From positions 270-64,269 of the forward strand of contig DAOQWI010000001.1 in NCBI GenBank assembly GCA_035342015.1: 64,000 nt of DNA, read 5' to 3'. Numbering within the stretch: the first letter of the stretch is position 1; each line of letters opens with the position of its first letter. The translations under genes were made by a program, and so were the position numbers. This DNA is from Candidatus Ozemobacteraceae bacterium (GTDB lineage: Bacteria; Muiribacteriota; Ozemobacteria; Ozemobacterales; Ozemobacteraceae). Shown here in pieces: positions 9,401 to 18,729 of the stretch. The notes beneath the pieces are model-generated. The model did no database searches. It was not told the origin of the DNA and was given only the letters and a program-made list of their open reading frames with translations.

Positions 9401-12386
9401 CCTCGATAAATTTTTCGGCATTGCGGAAGCGGAAAAATCTCGTGGAAACAAGCTGACGCAGGGCTCTATGGCGTAAATCACCGTCTACCTTTTCGCGCAT
9501 CAGAGCTTCAACAAGAAACATTGCCAGACGTTCGCCATCAGGGGTTTTCTTTTGATTTTCACGCAGAAAGAGACCATAAAGTGCAGCAACCGACAATTTT
9601 TCAAGGTCTTCGGCCGACAGCTGATCGGCGTTTTTAACTTCGCCGGCGGCGGCAGACATGCCTGCATCGATGGGTTCTTCCTCTTCCGGGATCTCTTCTT
9701 CGTTGCGGCTCTTCAACTGAGCGGCTCTTTTTCGCAGCCATTGCTGTGAAGTCATCTGTCCATCAAGATCTGTCAGCTTTTTACTGATATCATCAGCCAT
9801 TAACGGCGCTATGCGAGCGGCACGCCGGTAGTATCTTTCGGCTTTTTCAGGGCTGAAAAGGGCAACACAGGCATCGCCCATCGCGACATAAGCTTTGGCG
9901 AGATAACGGCTGCGCGGGAAACGGACCGTAAACAGACGCAGTTTTTCGAGTCCCTTAAGGCCGTGCCCCTGAACCAGATAAAGTCTGCCAAGGCGGTATG
10001 CCGGTATTTCGGCACGCGCATCGGTGATTGGCATAAGCTTTTCAGCGCGCTCATACCATTTAACGGCCGCTTCGATGTCTTTGTCGACGCGCCAGGCAAT
10101 GTTGCCAAGTGTCATCAGACATGCCAGCTGAGGAGTACCGGTAGCGTTCTGAGCAAGCTCTTCAAAAATGCCCAGCGCTTTGCCCGGGTAATTCTGATAA
10201 AATCTGGTTCCGGCTTCGTAAACCAGAGACCATCGGGCTTCTTCGCCGAGATTAAGAGTCTTGATTTCTTCGACAAGCTGCTCAAGAGGCGCCGAAGAAG
10301 ATGCCAGACAGACAACATCGATTAGATTCTGATAAACAGTAATACGGTCAAGAGGGCCGATAACCTTAAGTGTTCGGCGCAGGCTCTCTTCTCTGATCTT
10401 GTAGGCCAGATCGCGCCACTGCTGCTTCAGAGAAAAATAATCTTTCTCTGAAGGAAGAGCGTGATCAAGATAATCGCGCAGTATCTGCAGAGCCTTAACC
10501 TGTTCATCTTTGGCGAGAAGGATCTTATAGAGTCTCAAACGATATTCAGCTGCGTCTTTCGATTCGGGATAACGTCTGATGAATTCTTCCATAAGGCTGT
10601 TGGCCTTGTCGGGGTCTGACAGATCGTCATTATAGATTCTGATACTGTCTTTCAGACCCTGCATTGCCCAGTAACTGTCGGGGTAGATCGAGCCGAGCTG
10701 TTCGAATATTTCGAGAGCCTCAACCGGCTTTTTCAGATGCAACGCGAGAAGATTGCCAATACGGTAGCGCACTTCATCGATACGACCCCAGTCATATAGC
10801 ACGTCGAGATTCCAGGTCGATCTGACCGGGGCAAACCTGATGAGATAACGCTGATAAAGTTTTAACGCCTCTTCGTAATTGCGCTGGTCGTCGTCAGTTA
10901 TGACCGCAACCCGAAAAAGCGCCTCACGAAACAGATTACTGTCGGGGTAGCTGGCGATGAACTGCTCATAAAGCTGCAGAGCTTCGTTCATTTTGTGACT
11001 GCGATATTTTTCAAAAGCCATGTCAAAGAGCAGATCTCCGGGCGAAGCTTCGGGGGCCGTTCTCTGCAGGGCAGCCACATTTATCGGGTCTTCGACCGGT
11101 GTGCTGCGCTCTTTATTGAGTTCTTCGATCTTTTTATAAAAATACCGCGCCCGTTCGAGGTTCTTGAGCCTGAACTCGCAGATGTAGCCAGCCATGCGGC
11201 AGGCCAGCATCGCCCAGTCGATTTCTTCATCGCGCAACTCGCGGCGCCGCACCAGTGAAAAAGATTCAGATGCGAGCAGATGCGGCGGGGTCTCAAGCAG
11301 CGTCTGCAGAGTATTTACCGCAGCATCGTGATCGGCCAGCTTCTCGGTCAGCAGCTGACCCTGCAGAATGCCTGCAATTCTATACCCTTCGAGACTTTCG
11401 GTCTTTTTTCGAAACAGGCCGTAATCATCAATAGCGATTTTGTATTCATCATTTTTCAGGTAAAAATGTCTGATTACCCCGAGCAGAAAAGCTGCATCGG
11501 CCGTCACCGAATCACCTTCGGCTATTTTCTGAAGATATGGAACTGCGCGGGCAGGGTTGTTAAGATCGAAGGCATGCAGCATGGCAATATGCAGCAAAGC
11601 CAGATTACTGGCCTCAACCTCAGGAAATCTGGCGATTTCTTCCCAGGCGGTGAGGGCCTTCATGGCAATCTCAAGATCGTAGCCTCTTTCGAAACCCATC
11701 AGATACTGAATTGCTTCCACATCCGGCTTTTCAGGAAAACCCTGGTAATATCGGTAAAATGCCGCCCACAGTTCTTTTACGCTCGTGAGACTGCGGCCAA
11801 GCAGTTCGGCTCTGGCAATTTTGGCGCGCACCAGGTAAATTCGCGCGGGTACCATGGCAATGAGCTGATCGAGGTCTTTCAGAGCCGCCGCGAATTCTTT
11901 TCTTTCTTTGAGAATATCGGCATTCAGCAAAATTGCTTCCCAGACGAGGCGGGGATTGATGTGCTCGGCGCGCCGCAGAGTTCTGATATACATCAGCGAC
12001 CGCTCCGGTTCTTTGAGTTCGCGATAGTGATGCGCCAGATAAAGCCAGCCTTCACCGGCCTGACGTTCAGCATTCGCCTTGACAAAGCCCATAACTTCAC
12101 TACGCAGCAGCTTATCCTGTTCAAGAAGTTCTTCTTGAGTCAGTTCCGGCACCTTTTTGGCGGAAACAGCCGCGCCGCCGTCAGCCGCATCAGACTCTTC
12201 AGCAGAAACTTTTCTGGCGGCCTCACCTGATGTTTTTTTGGGGAGAGTTTCTATTGTTTTCTTCTGCTGTCCATTTTTTTTGACCCCGGAATTTTTTTCG
12301 ACCTGGGCGGCATGCAGACCTGAACAGCAGATCAGTGCAGCGATCAGCAGAAAGAACAGAATCCTGTCGAGGCGTATTTGCTTCAT
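6489..12386 (-). CDS. giant (1965 aa) secreted tetratricopeptide-repeat protein
   Basis: Signal peptide MKQIRLDRILFFLLIAALICCSGLHA, then dozens of TPR-like helical repeats (W/Y-L-G-A-Y-F-A-P patterns). It forms a single uninterrupted ORF. Confidence 0.8.
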   Translation of the reverse strand: MKQIRLDRILFFLLIAALICCSGLHAAQVEKNSGVKKNGQQKKTIETLPKKTSGEAARKVSAEESDAADGGAAVSAKKVPELTQEELLEQDKLLRSEVMGFVKANAERQAGEGWLYLAHHYRELKEPERSLMYIRTLRRAEHINPRLVWEAILLNADILKERKEFAAALKDLDQLIAMVPARIYLVRAKIARAELLGRSLTSVKELWAAFYRYYQGFPEKPDVEAIQYLMGFERGYDLEIAMKALTAWEEIARFPEVEASNLALLHIAMLHAFDLNNPARAVPYLQKIAEGDSVTADAAFLLGVIRHFYLKNDEYKIAIDDYGLFRKKTESLEGYRIAGILQGQLLTEKLADHDAAVNTLQTLLETPPHLLASESFSLVRRRELRDEEIDWAMLACRMAGYICEFRLKNLERARYFYKKIEELNKERSTPVEDPINVAALQRTAPEASPGDLLFDMAFEKYRSHKMNEALQLYEQFIASYPDSNLFREALFRVAVITDDDQRNYEEALKLYQRYLIRFAPVRSTWNLDVLYDWGRIDEVRYRIGNLLALHLKKPVEALEIFEQLGSIYPDSYWAMQGLKDSIRIYNDDLSDPDKANSLMEEFIRRYPESKDAAEYRLRLYKILLAKDEQVKALQILRDYLDHALPSEKDYFSLKQQWRDLAYKIREESLRRTLKVIGPLDRITVYQNLIDVVCLASSSAPLEQLVEEIKTLNLGEEARWSLVYEAGTRFYQNYPGKALGIFEELAQNATGTPQLACLMTLGNIAWRVDKDIEAAVKWYERAEKLMPITDARAEIPAYRLGRLYLVQGHGLKGLEKLRLFTVRFPRSRYLAKAYVAMGDACVALFSPEKAERYYRRAARIAPLMADDISKKLTDLDGQMTSQQWLRKRAAQLKSRNEEEIPEEEEPIDAGMSAAAGEVKNADQLSAEDLEKLSVAALYGLFLRENQKKTPDGERLAMFLVEALMREKVDGDLRHRALRQLVSTRFFRFRNAEKFIEEAKKLLQRHNYADWQSELLFRLAQTQDHFAKDYVEANKSYFEYLSFFPAGRRAEEVRCRIPAVYALADDVKNAYRFFEKLINDRNLADELRVDASMQMAKLQITDGKKKEAIRTLEAALAFKSPKHPEICLRLEKLTEDFTYVRRALEAEGEEEFRLKALTRLVKKAEEDRDYQAAAALLRDFSESFKLPESQVFIEKKVEELGKRGAIEEIEDLIDQYPEEPETAGRMFKLARMIEGAENTRYRSEDLFYEITLIYPESEFFRESKIRAENTRAIKALSELGDMLKKGVEGAEGEEVIIERARLLKENLQDMNAATENYESFIRLFPASPRLDEVYLHLGEIALAENGDSEKAFKYWEQGLAASHDPFMREELTVRINRLKLFRQRVLLSENQIEREKGLKEVFRVWKVEKNRVQALGLLENAIARLENRPDVARMRYYAARIFEEAGNYTKAATEYERALRSLYHPGCRKDMILYRLARMHAAQKNEKEAARWYLALITRYPRSMLSRSAYYWLSKHALAGKNLAQAHNHLETLLSFRSLNPLHREAVIAKQRDIEAKLNVEELEKLKAYSRTGGSDLPYFIGKVLENSLRDYDRAIAQYEDFLKTNPPVRRSREILRKIADLYEKKGDYVKTVSYLDLLLNTYEPHLNNFDLIIRIGSLVEDKLDNPELTELFFSSIAAEYRKVRKVREFAEAKLRRLEEKKREKAVKPRGRKVVKRVYSEDDEAVIEEMEAIVERQVQDLQDFKQAERQLEDLWNANPESLATLDIMKTLFELNNKELRDPQKAADYMERWLEENPSDPLYKEYTLKLYDHFMETLRDGQRALRLLEAYTREHPISIETLDIELKLALANELLIRNFDEARRGYQRIIDTQQNDPVVHEAYYRLGFVLREGFANYDEAIRNWQAVIDKFYNNEFADKAQYAIAFTYETYRRDYTNARQNYEKILQLYPNSSLQTQVREALLRIEGK

Positions 12387-12448
12387 AAATTTACTCTTGC
12401 TTCAATGGCTTTTGCGCATAACTATATCAGATTCAACCGCCGTCAGAC

Positions 12449-12509
12449 AATAAAAAGGCATAATAAAAGGGCTGCACCGGCAGGCCTTGCAAACCCGGGG
12501 GGCAGCCCC
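12449..12509 (-). terminator. intrinsic terminator (minus strand) between the TPR-lipoprotein gene and the giant TPR gene
   Basis: On the minus strand, GGGGCTGC..loop..GCAGCCC is followed by TTTTATTATGCCTTTTTATT. This is likely an attenuating or partial terminator inside the operon. Confidence 0.5.
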
Positions 12510-12527
12510 TCAGTTCAAACGCAATGA

Positions 12528-13142
12528 TCAGTTTTTCCAGCCAAGCAGAAAAAATGCCTCGTCAAGACGGTCTACAGTGGTGCCAACCATCATCGAATCA
12601 AGAGCGGCAGCCTTGTTCATATAGATTTTCGCCTGTTCCATATCGCCGGCAAGGGCATAAGAAAGTGCTGCCAGACCATGAACTTTGGCAGCACTCAGTG
12701 CCAAACCAGAATGCTGCTGGGCAAATTTTTCGGGAGGCATGTTGCCAAGAATTTCTGCGGCCCTGACATAGTCGACAGCAGTCTGGTGACGATAGATAAG
12801 AGCGCCAGCCAGACCAACCTTCGCTTCGTTATCTTTTTCGGCGGCTATTTCGAAATACGGAATCGCTTCAAGAATTTTTCCCTCTTTTGACAGGGCCCAG
12901 CCCATGCCGCTGTGCGCAGAAACACGCTGTCCCTCGGTCAGGTTTTCAGAAAATGCCTGCTGAAAACTGGCTCGGGCAGTCGAATAGTTGCCCAGTTTTA
13001 TTGAATCCCAGCCTTCGTTGATGAGTTTGTCGGCGATCAGCAGAGTGCTGCTGCCACCACCATTGCTGGCACCACCGCAGTTCTGAATCATCGGAAAGGT
13101 CATCAGGACCACAAACAGCAGGAAGAATTTGGCTTTTTTCAT
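12528..13142 (-). CDS. TPR-repeat secreted/lipoprotein
   Basis: N-terminal hydrophobic signal sequence MKKAKFFLLFVVLMTFPMIQNCGG followed by TPR-like repeats. Confidence 0.55.
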   Translation of the reverse strand: MKKAKFFLLFVVLMTFPMIQNCGGASNGGGSSTLLIADKLINEGWDSIKLGNYSTARASFQQAFSENLTEGQRVSAHSGMGWALSKEGKILEAIPYFEIAAEKDNEAKVGLAGALIYRHQTAVDYVRAAEILGNMPPEKFAQQHSGLALSAAKVHGLAALSYALAGDMEQAKIYMNKAAALDSMMVGTTVDRLDEAFFLLGWKN

Positions 13143-13156
13143 TTGAGCCTCCGTTA

Positions 13157-16100
13157 TCAGCGCAAAACCGCGATTTTGCGGCGTTCTTTGGCAGACTGAC
13201 CGGCAACGCCGGCATTGAATTCAACGTAATACACACCGTTAGCAACTGCTTTACCTCTGTCGTTCAGCAGGTCCCAGCGGGTTTCGTACACACCGGCGCC
13301 TCGATGGGCAAGGTCGAGCGTAGCAACCTTGTGGCCGCTCACATCTGTAATCTTTGCAGAAACTGCTGCGCCAGCATTTGCCGGGCCGCTGAAAGTTGCC
13401 CGCAGATTTACGAAACGATTGGCGGGATTGGGGTAAGTTACCAGTTGAGTCAGTGCATTTGGCGCGGTAATAGCAGCTCTGACATTTGCAGTCACCTGAT
13501 TGCCGGCATTGTCAGCTACCTCGACTACCAGATCATAGGTTCCGTCTCGCAGAGAAGACATATCCACCAGAATGCGACCTTCCTCACCATTTCTTACAGG
13601 CAGACTGCGGCCGCCATATGAAACCTTGACGCTTGAACTGTCGATCCCGCTTCCAAGATCATCGACGCTGATGGCGATCAGGTTGGTGCCGGCGTGTTCT
13701 GCATCAGAAACAACCGTTGGGGCCGTATCATCAACGGCAACAAAAACGCTGCCGGAAAAGTCAATCGCACCTCTGGCGCTGCCATCGGCAATCTCTACCG
13801 GCCCGATCCATTTATGACCGTTACCGGAAGCACGATAGAGTCCGGCCTGAGAATTACCGGCACTGAGCGGATTGAGAGGAATCGAAATTTCAAGTGCTTT
13901 TTCTGCTTTTTCAACCGGAAGAGTCACGTCAATATTTCTGCTGATGCGATTAATACCGGCATAAGAAACCGGATTTTCTGGAGCAGCCATGACTACGGTG
14001 CCACCGGCGCGCAGAGAACCGGCGGGAACATTCAGAGTCGCGAAGGACGCAGACAGGAGCCCCTGACTGTTGGGCGGATAATATACGGCTGAGAACTGCA
14101 GCTGGTTCGAGAGAATTACCCCGTCAGCATTGGTGCCGTTGGCGACGATTACTCCTTCCCCTGATTTTTTGAGACTGTAGTTGGTCATGTAGGTAGAATC
14201 GTTGATTGGCGTCATTACCAGATAACCCTGCTCACCTTCGTAGGTCATCTGCAGTCTTGGTTCGGTGGCAAACTTTTTGTCAGTTTTCACTATGATGTGC
14301 AGATGGTTTTCGAAAGTCGGATTCGGGAAGATGGCCACTTTGAGATCATCAAAGCTGGCTGAATAAACATAGCTGAGTTTGCTGTAGTTGTTGTTCTGTA
14401 CCACCATTGGTACCAGAACCAGATTTTCGTAGGCATTGTTGTAACCATAGTTCTGAATGATGGTGTTGCCGGCCTGACGGTCGTCAAGATAGATAAAATC
14501 CACAGCCGGGTCGATCTGCGAACCCCTTTTGATGACGGCAGCTCTGAACTGACCGCTGTTATCGCCATCAAAGGCCAGATTGAGATTGCCAGTATTACCT
14601 GAGATCTCAACATAATCAGCTGCCCATGGGTTAACATTCGAGGAGCGGGCGGTTACCTGCTCTGTCAGAATAACCTTTTCGGCAAATTTAACCGGCAGTC
14701 TCTCATATTTACCAATATTGTTGGCTTCGTTAAAATCGTTGTCGACAAGATAGCCCCATTTGCCGCTGTTCAGCAGCTGACCGTCACGTTTTCTCGTTTT
14801 ATCGAGATAGTTGGCGATAACCCAGTCTTCGAAGACCTTTTTCGAATCCAGATTGTAGGTCTGCAATACCGCGTCGATACTTCCCATGCCGCCGTCGCGG
14901 TTTCTGACAATAGCCTTGAGAAAGCCGGGCAGGTTCGACCCGCCGTATTTTTCGACCAGATAATACATCCAGAGGAAAGAGGCGCCATAGTTGGCATAGG
15001 GGCTTGAGCCCAGCCATACATCTACAATTCTGTCTTCAGCCAGAATTGTGTCGGGCTTTTTAATGAATTCATCGAGGTTAGAGGTAAATTTTCCATCATA
15101 AAGATGCTGTGCATACTGAGTAAGTGCCTCTTCAAGCCAGCGCTGCATACCGATCAGCTGCCCATTTTCGACCCGGTAATTCTCGTTGAAAATGACCATG
15201 TGGGTGAATTCATGAGCAAGAGTACCGTAGGTGTCAGTCTGTGCCAACACGAAACTCGGGAAAAGGTCAATATTCAGAAGCTCTTTTTCATTGCTTAGAG
15301 CCTGAGAAGTTCTGGGAAACTGGTTGCCAGCCCAGAAGTAACCACGAAAACTACCGCTGCCATCGCGAATATCGTCAAGCAGAATATAAACTTTTGGATC
15401 GCCGTCGATATCAGCTTCTGAACCAAAGTGCTCGCGAATTTTCGGGTAAATGACCGCATCGAACTGGTCAGCCATTTCTTTCAGCTTGAGGCGGGCGTAG
15501 TTTTTATCGGCACCGAGAACGTAGCGTGGTTCGAGAACAGTACCATTGGCATCGGGGGCAAAATAATACGGCCCGTTCTGCATTACAGTGCTGTCAGGCC
15601 AGTACATTCCCCAGGCGGCCTGAGCCGGCGGGGTTGCATCTTCAGATGAAGAAAGAGGCCTGGGAAGGGTCGGAAAAAACATCACCGGCACAAAAATATA
15701 GCAATGGGTACCAATGTATCGCAAAACAGCCTTAGGATAATGGCCATTACCATCAGCATCATAGATTTCGGCTGCCTGGTCCGAACCGAAACTTGAGGCA
15801 CCGTCATCGGCATTCGGTACGCCATTGGTCCCCGGCCATTCACCACCGTCGTGAAAAAGGTTGCCAAGACCGTAACCATTCGAACTTGAGAAAGGAATCA
15901 TGGCTAAGTCCACATCGGCCGCCGAAAAATTGCGACCGCCGACGACGGCACGTACAGAGCCCTTGAGACCAAACTGGCTGGCGTTAATCTCGATGGCGCG
16001 CTGCATCAGGGGCGCATTCATGAACGGGCCGAGATCTGCCTCAAGACCTGTTTTTCTGGCATTCTGACCCTGCTGAACTGCGATTTCACGCATTTCAGGT

Positions 16101-16201
16101 GGAATGATGCTGTCGCCGGCATAAGCCGCCTGAGCCATCATTACCAGCCCAGGTAACAGTATCGAGAAGATCTTTTTAATAATTCTGTTCGCCTTTTTCA
16201 T
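13157..16201 (-). CDS. secreted HExxH zinc metallopeptidase-like protein with T9SS-type (YPNP) C-terminal sorting domain
   Basis: Signal peptide MKKANRIIKKIFSILLPGLVMMAQAAYA. Gluzincin-like motif TLAHEFTHMV...QRWLEEAL. The C-terminal ~90 aa read TYPNPANRFVNL...ITDVSGHKVATL...GVYYVEF...KIAVLR, matching a Por/T9SS CTD of the FlgD-Ig type. It is a paralogue of 18730..21363. Confidence 0.6.
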   Translation of the reverse strand: MKKANRIIKKIFSILLPGLVMMAQAAYAGDSIIPPEMREIAVQQGQNARKTGLEADLGPFMNAPLMQRAIEINASQFGLKGSVRAVVGGRNFSAADVDLAMIPFSSSNGYGLGNLFHDGGEWPGTNGVPNADDGASSFGSDQAAEIYDADGNGHYPKAVLRYIGTHCYIFVPVMFFPTLPRPLSSSEDATPPAQAAWGMYWPDSTVMQNGPYYFAPDANGTVLEPRYVLGADKNYARLKLKEMADQFDAVIYPKIREHFGSEADIDGDPKVYILLDDIRDGSGSFRGYFWAGNQFPRTSQALSNEKELLNIDLFPSFVLAQTDTYGTLAHEFTHMVIFNENYRVENGQLIGMQRWLEEALTQYAQHLYDGKFTSNLDEFIKKPDTILAEDRIVDVWLGSSPYANYGASFLWMYYLVEKYGGSNLPGFLKAIVRNRDGGMGSIDAVLQTYNLDSKKVFEDWVIANYLDKTRKRDGQLLNSGKWGYLVDNDFNEANNIGKYERLPVKFAEKVILTEQVTARSSNVNPWAADYVEISGNTGNLNLAFDGDNSGQFRAAVIKRGSQIDPAVDFIYLDDRQAGNTIIQNYGYNNAYENLVLVPMVVQNNNYSKLSYVYSASFDDLKVAIFPNPTFENHLHIIVKTDKKFATEPRLQMTYEGEQGYLVMTPINDSTYMTNYSLKKSGEGVIVANGTNADGVILSNQLQFSAVYYPPNSQGLLSASFATLNVPAGSLRAGGTVVMAAPENPVSYAGINRISRNIDVTLPVEKAEKALEISIPLNPLSAGNSQAGLYRASGNGHKWIGPVEIADGSARGAIDFSGSVFVAVDDTAPTVVSDAEHAGTNLIAISVDDLGSGIDSSSVKVSYGGRSLPVRNGEEGRILVDMSSLRDGTYDLVVEVADNAGNQVTANVRAAITAPNALTQLVTYPNPANRFVNLRATFSGPANAGAAVSAKITDVSGHKVATLDLAHRGAGVYETRWDLLNDRGKAVANGVYYVEFNAGVAGQSAKERRKIAVLR

Positions 16202-16290
16202 ACCAGCCCCTGCTTTTGTCGGGTTGAGAGAATATTATTCGTCAACATCATCGGCAGCTTTCACGACTTTTCTGAGTGATTTTTCGTACC

Positions 16291-16319
16291 TTGTGGGAGA
16301 GAGCAAATATAGTTATAAT
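16291..16319 (+). promoter_or_regulatory. sigma70-type promoter for 16372..18717
   Basis: TTGTGG - 17 nt - TATAAT, followed by a GGAGG RBS 7 nt before the ATG at 16372. Confidence 0.55.
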
Positions 16320-16371
16320 TTTAAGAAATATCCTCTCTTAATCCCCGGTTCTATAGTATTGGAGGTCGCAG

Positions 16372-18717
16372 ATGAAAAAATTCAGGTCGGTGAAACTCAC
16401 TATTTTGTTGATTCTTGCTGTTTTCTGCAGCAGTATTGTCACCGCCTCGGGGTCATTTGTAGCGACAAAAGAGGGGATTCGCTACGTGATTAAAGACGCT
16501 ACCGGCCAGGTCCAGGAAGTCTACAACCCTGATTATGACCCGACCACCGGCAAATATTTTGTCAAAGACAATCAGGACCGCGTCATTGCTGTGCAGACCC
16601 TGCCGGCAGAAGCTTCGATGGCGCAGTTCAAGATTGTGACCCCGATCACCGATGAATCAGCCGCCACCGTATCCACCAAGGATTTTATGGGCAATACGGT
16701 TCCGGTTTTAAAATCACTTTCGAGCAACGACCCGCGTTATCAGCAGCTTAAAACCTATATCGAAAGCAACCCGGGTCTGCGTCAGACCGTAGGGATGCAG
16801 GTCGAAGCCCGCAACTTCAAGATCAACGAAATTCAAAAAGACCTGGCCGCCGGCACCAAAGACCCGGCATTCGCTCAGTGGCTGGTCAATGACCTCAAAA
16901 AACCTGTTTACCTCGAAGTTGGCAACTCGGGTGGAATTCACCATGACTCCCGCGGCTTTGCGATGGCTGAAGCCTCTGCCAATGGCCAGATCAGCTATCG
17001 CGACAACTCACACGTCAACCGCATTGTCGTGCCACCCAACAGCGAAGTTTTCAGCGGCGGCATGCAGGACCCGTCAGCCGGCTCGGTAATGGCCCACGAA
17101 ATCGGCCACATGATCATGGACCAGCTCTACGAGCGCCCCAATTACCCGCAAACAAATTATTACGGTGCCCATTCAAAAAACACCGTTTCAGACGAGGGTT
17201 TTGCCCTCTCTGAAGGCTGGGCAGAAGCCCTTGAAGCTCTTTCCACCCGCGACCAGCACAACTCTGCCACCTCATGGCGCATCAAAACCCACAAAAACAT
17301 AGCCGAAAACAAGTATATCTTTGAGAACCAGGGCGTGACCACCGGCCCCAATGATGGTGTTCTCAAATCCGGTATTGACATGCTGTCTACCGAAGGGGTC
17401 AATGCCTCACTGTTTTACGATGTTCTCAATGGTGGCCGCATTCAGGCCCCATTCTCGAAAGTCTGCCAGGTTTTTGAAAATTCAAAACCCCAGACCTATC
17501 GTGAATTTGTCGACGCCTACATCCAGAAATTTCCTGAAGACCGCAGCCAGATGATCAAGCAGTTTCTTGACAACACCAAATATGCTACGGTCGACAGCAG
17601 CGCCACCGCCCGCTACAAAGAAGTTCACGATGCGCAGCAGGCCTGGCAGAATGCAACTGACCCGAATGCCAGACTTCAGCTGAAGGCTGAATATGATGCA
17701 AAATTGAGCAGCTACAAAGAATGGAGCGAGGCCCTCTACAAACAGGCCGTCGTTGACGGCCGCGTCGACGGTGCCATCGACGGTTCACGCGCCTATTCAG
17801 ACGAAACCCAGTCACAGTATCGGTCAATACGACTGAGCGAAAATCTCATCAAAGGTCAGAAAGCACTCGGTGTCGGCATCAAGAATGCCGCCAATTCAAT
17901 AAAGCAATCTTTCAGCGTCAAGAGCCTTGCTATGACAGCCGGGACCTCGATCGCTATCAACCTCGCCAGCCAGATCATGAATGGCGAAAAAGTAAGCATG
18001 AAAGCTGCGGTACAGTCTGTTGCTTCGATGCAGTTCGTGGGCAACGTCGTTGGTTCATCGCTGGGCGCTGCAGCCGGACAGGTTTTTGTTCCTCTGATTC
18101 AGACATTCGTGCCAATACCCGTCGTCGGAACCATTGCCGGCGCTCTCCTGCCAACTCTGACCTCACTGGTCGGCGGTTCTCTCGGCGGCAATCTTGGTGC
18201 CGGCATGGGCTTTAAAGCTGCCCTGAAAGCACTTGATCCAGTTGCTATCGCCGGTCAGGCCGCTGGTTCTACCATTGGTGCCATGCTCGGCTCGATGATT
18301 CCGATACCCGTGGTCGGCACAATGCTCGGCAGCATTGTCGGCGGCATCGTCGGTGAAAAACTATTTACCGGTATCGCAAAACTGCTCGGCTACAAAAAAG
18401 GTCAGCAGAAACCTGAGGCAACAAAAGCCTCCTTCCAGGCATATTCTTACGATAACAGTGCAGCAAAAGCCAATCTGCAGGTGCAAAAGTCTTCGGCAGA
18501 GGCGAGCAAACTAAGATTGCCAGCAGAAGCCGAAAAGATTCCGTATAAAAACATGGATGCCGGTCTGCGAGTTGCGAAAGACAACTATGAAATTGCCTAC
18601 AAAGCTTATGTTAAAGCGGTTACGGGCGGCGATCAGAAAGCTGCCAAGGCAAAACTCAAAGAATTTCAGACGGCAAAAGACAGATATCAAAAAGCTATTA
18701 AAGCTTCCTCCCGCTGA
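16372..18717 (+). CDS. secreted HExxH metallopeptidase-like protein with C-terminal glycine-zipper repeats and a basic coiled-coil tail
   Basis: Signal peptide MKKFRSVKLTILLILAVFCSSIVTA. Motif VMAHEIGHMIMDQ...SEGWAEALEA. Two repeats of the form (F/M)(V/I)PIPVVGT(I/M)(A/L)G...G.xGG.xG, then a Lys/Ala-rich tail. Confidence 0.5.
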   Translation: MKKFRSVKLTILLILAVFCSSIVTASGSFVATKEGIRYVIKDATGQVQEVYNPDYDPTTGKYFVKDNQDRVIAVQTLPAEASMAQFKIVTPITDESAATVSTKDFMGNTVPVLKSLSSNDPRYQQLKTYIESNPGLRQTVGMQVEARNFKINEIQKDLAAGTKDPAFAQWLVNDLKKPVYLEVGNSGGIHHDSRGFAMAEASANGQISYRDNSHVNRIVVPPNSEVFSGGMQDPSAGSVMAHEIGHMIMDQLYERPNYPQTNYYGAHSKNTVSDEGFALSEGWAEALEALSTRDQHNSATSWRIKTHKNIAENKYIFENQGVTTGPNDGVLKSGIDMLSTEGVNASLFYDVLNGGRIQAPFSKVCQVFENSKPQTYREFVDAYIQKFPEDRSQMIKQFLDNTKYATVDSSATARYKEVHDAQQAWQNATDPNARLQLKAEYDAKLSSYKEWSEALYKQAVVDGRVDGAIDGSRAYSDETQSQYRSIRLSENLIKGQKALGVGIKNAANSIKQSFSVKSLAMTAGTSIAINLASQIMNGEKVSMKAAVQSVASMQFVGNVVGSSLGAAAGQVFVPLIQTFVPIPVVGTIAGALLPTLTSLVGGSLGGNLGAGMGFKAALKALDPVAIAGQAAGSTIGAMLGSMIPIPVVGTMLGSIVGGIVGEKLFTGIAKLLGYKKGQQKPEATKASFQAYSYDNSAAKANLQVQKSSAEASKLRLPAEAEKIPYKNMDAGLRVAKDNYEIAYKAYVKAVTGGDQKAAKAKLKEFQTAKDRYQKAIKASSR

Positions 18718-18729
18718 AACTGGTGGTTG

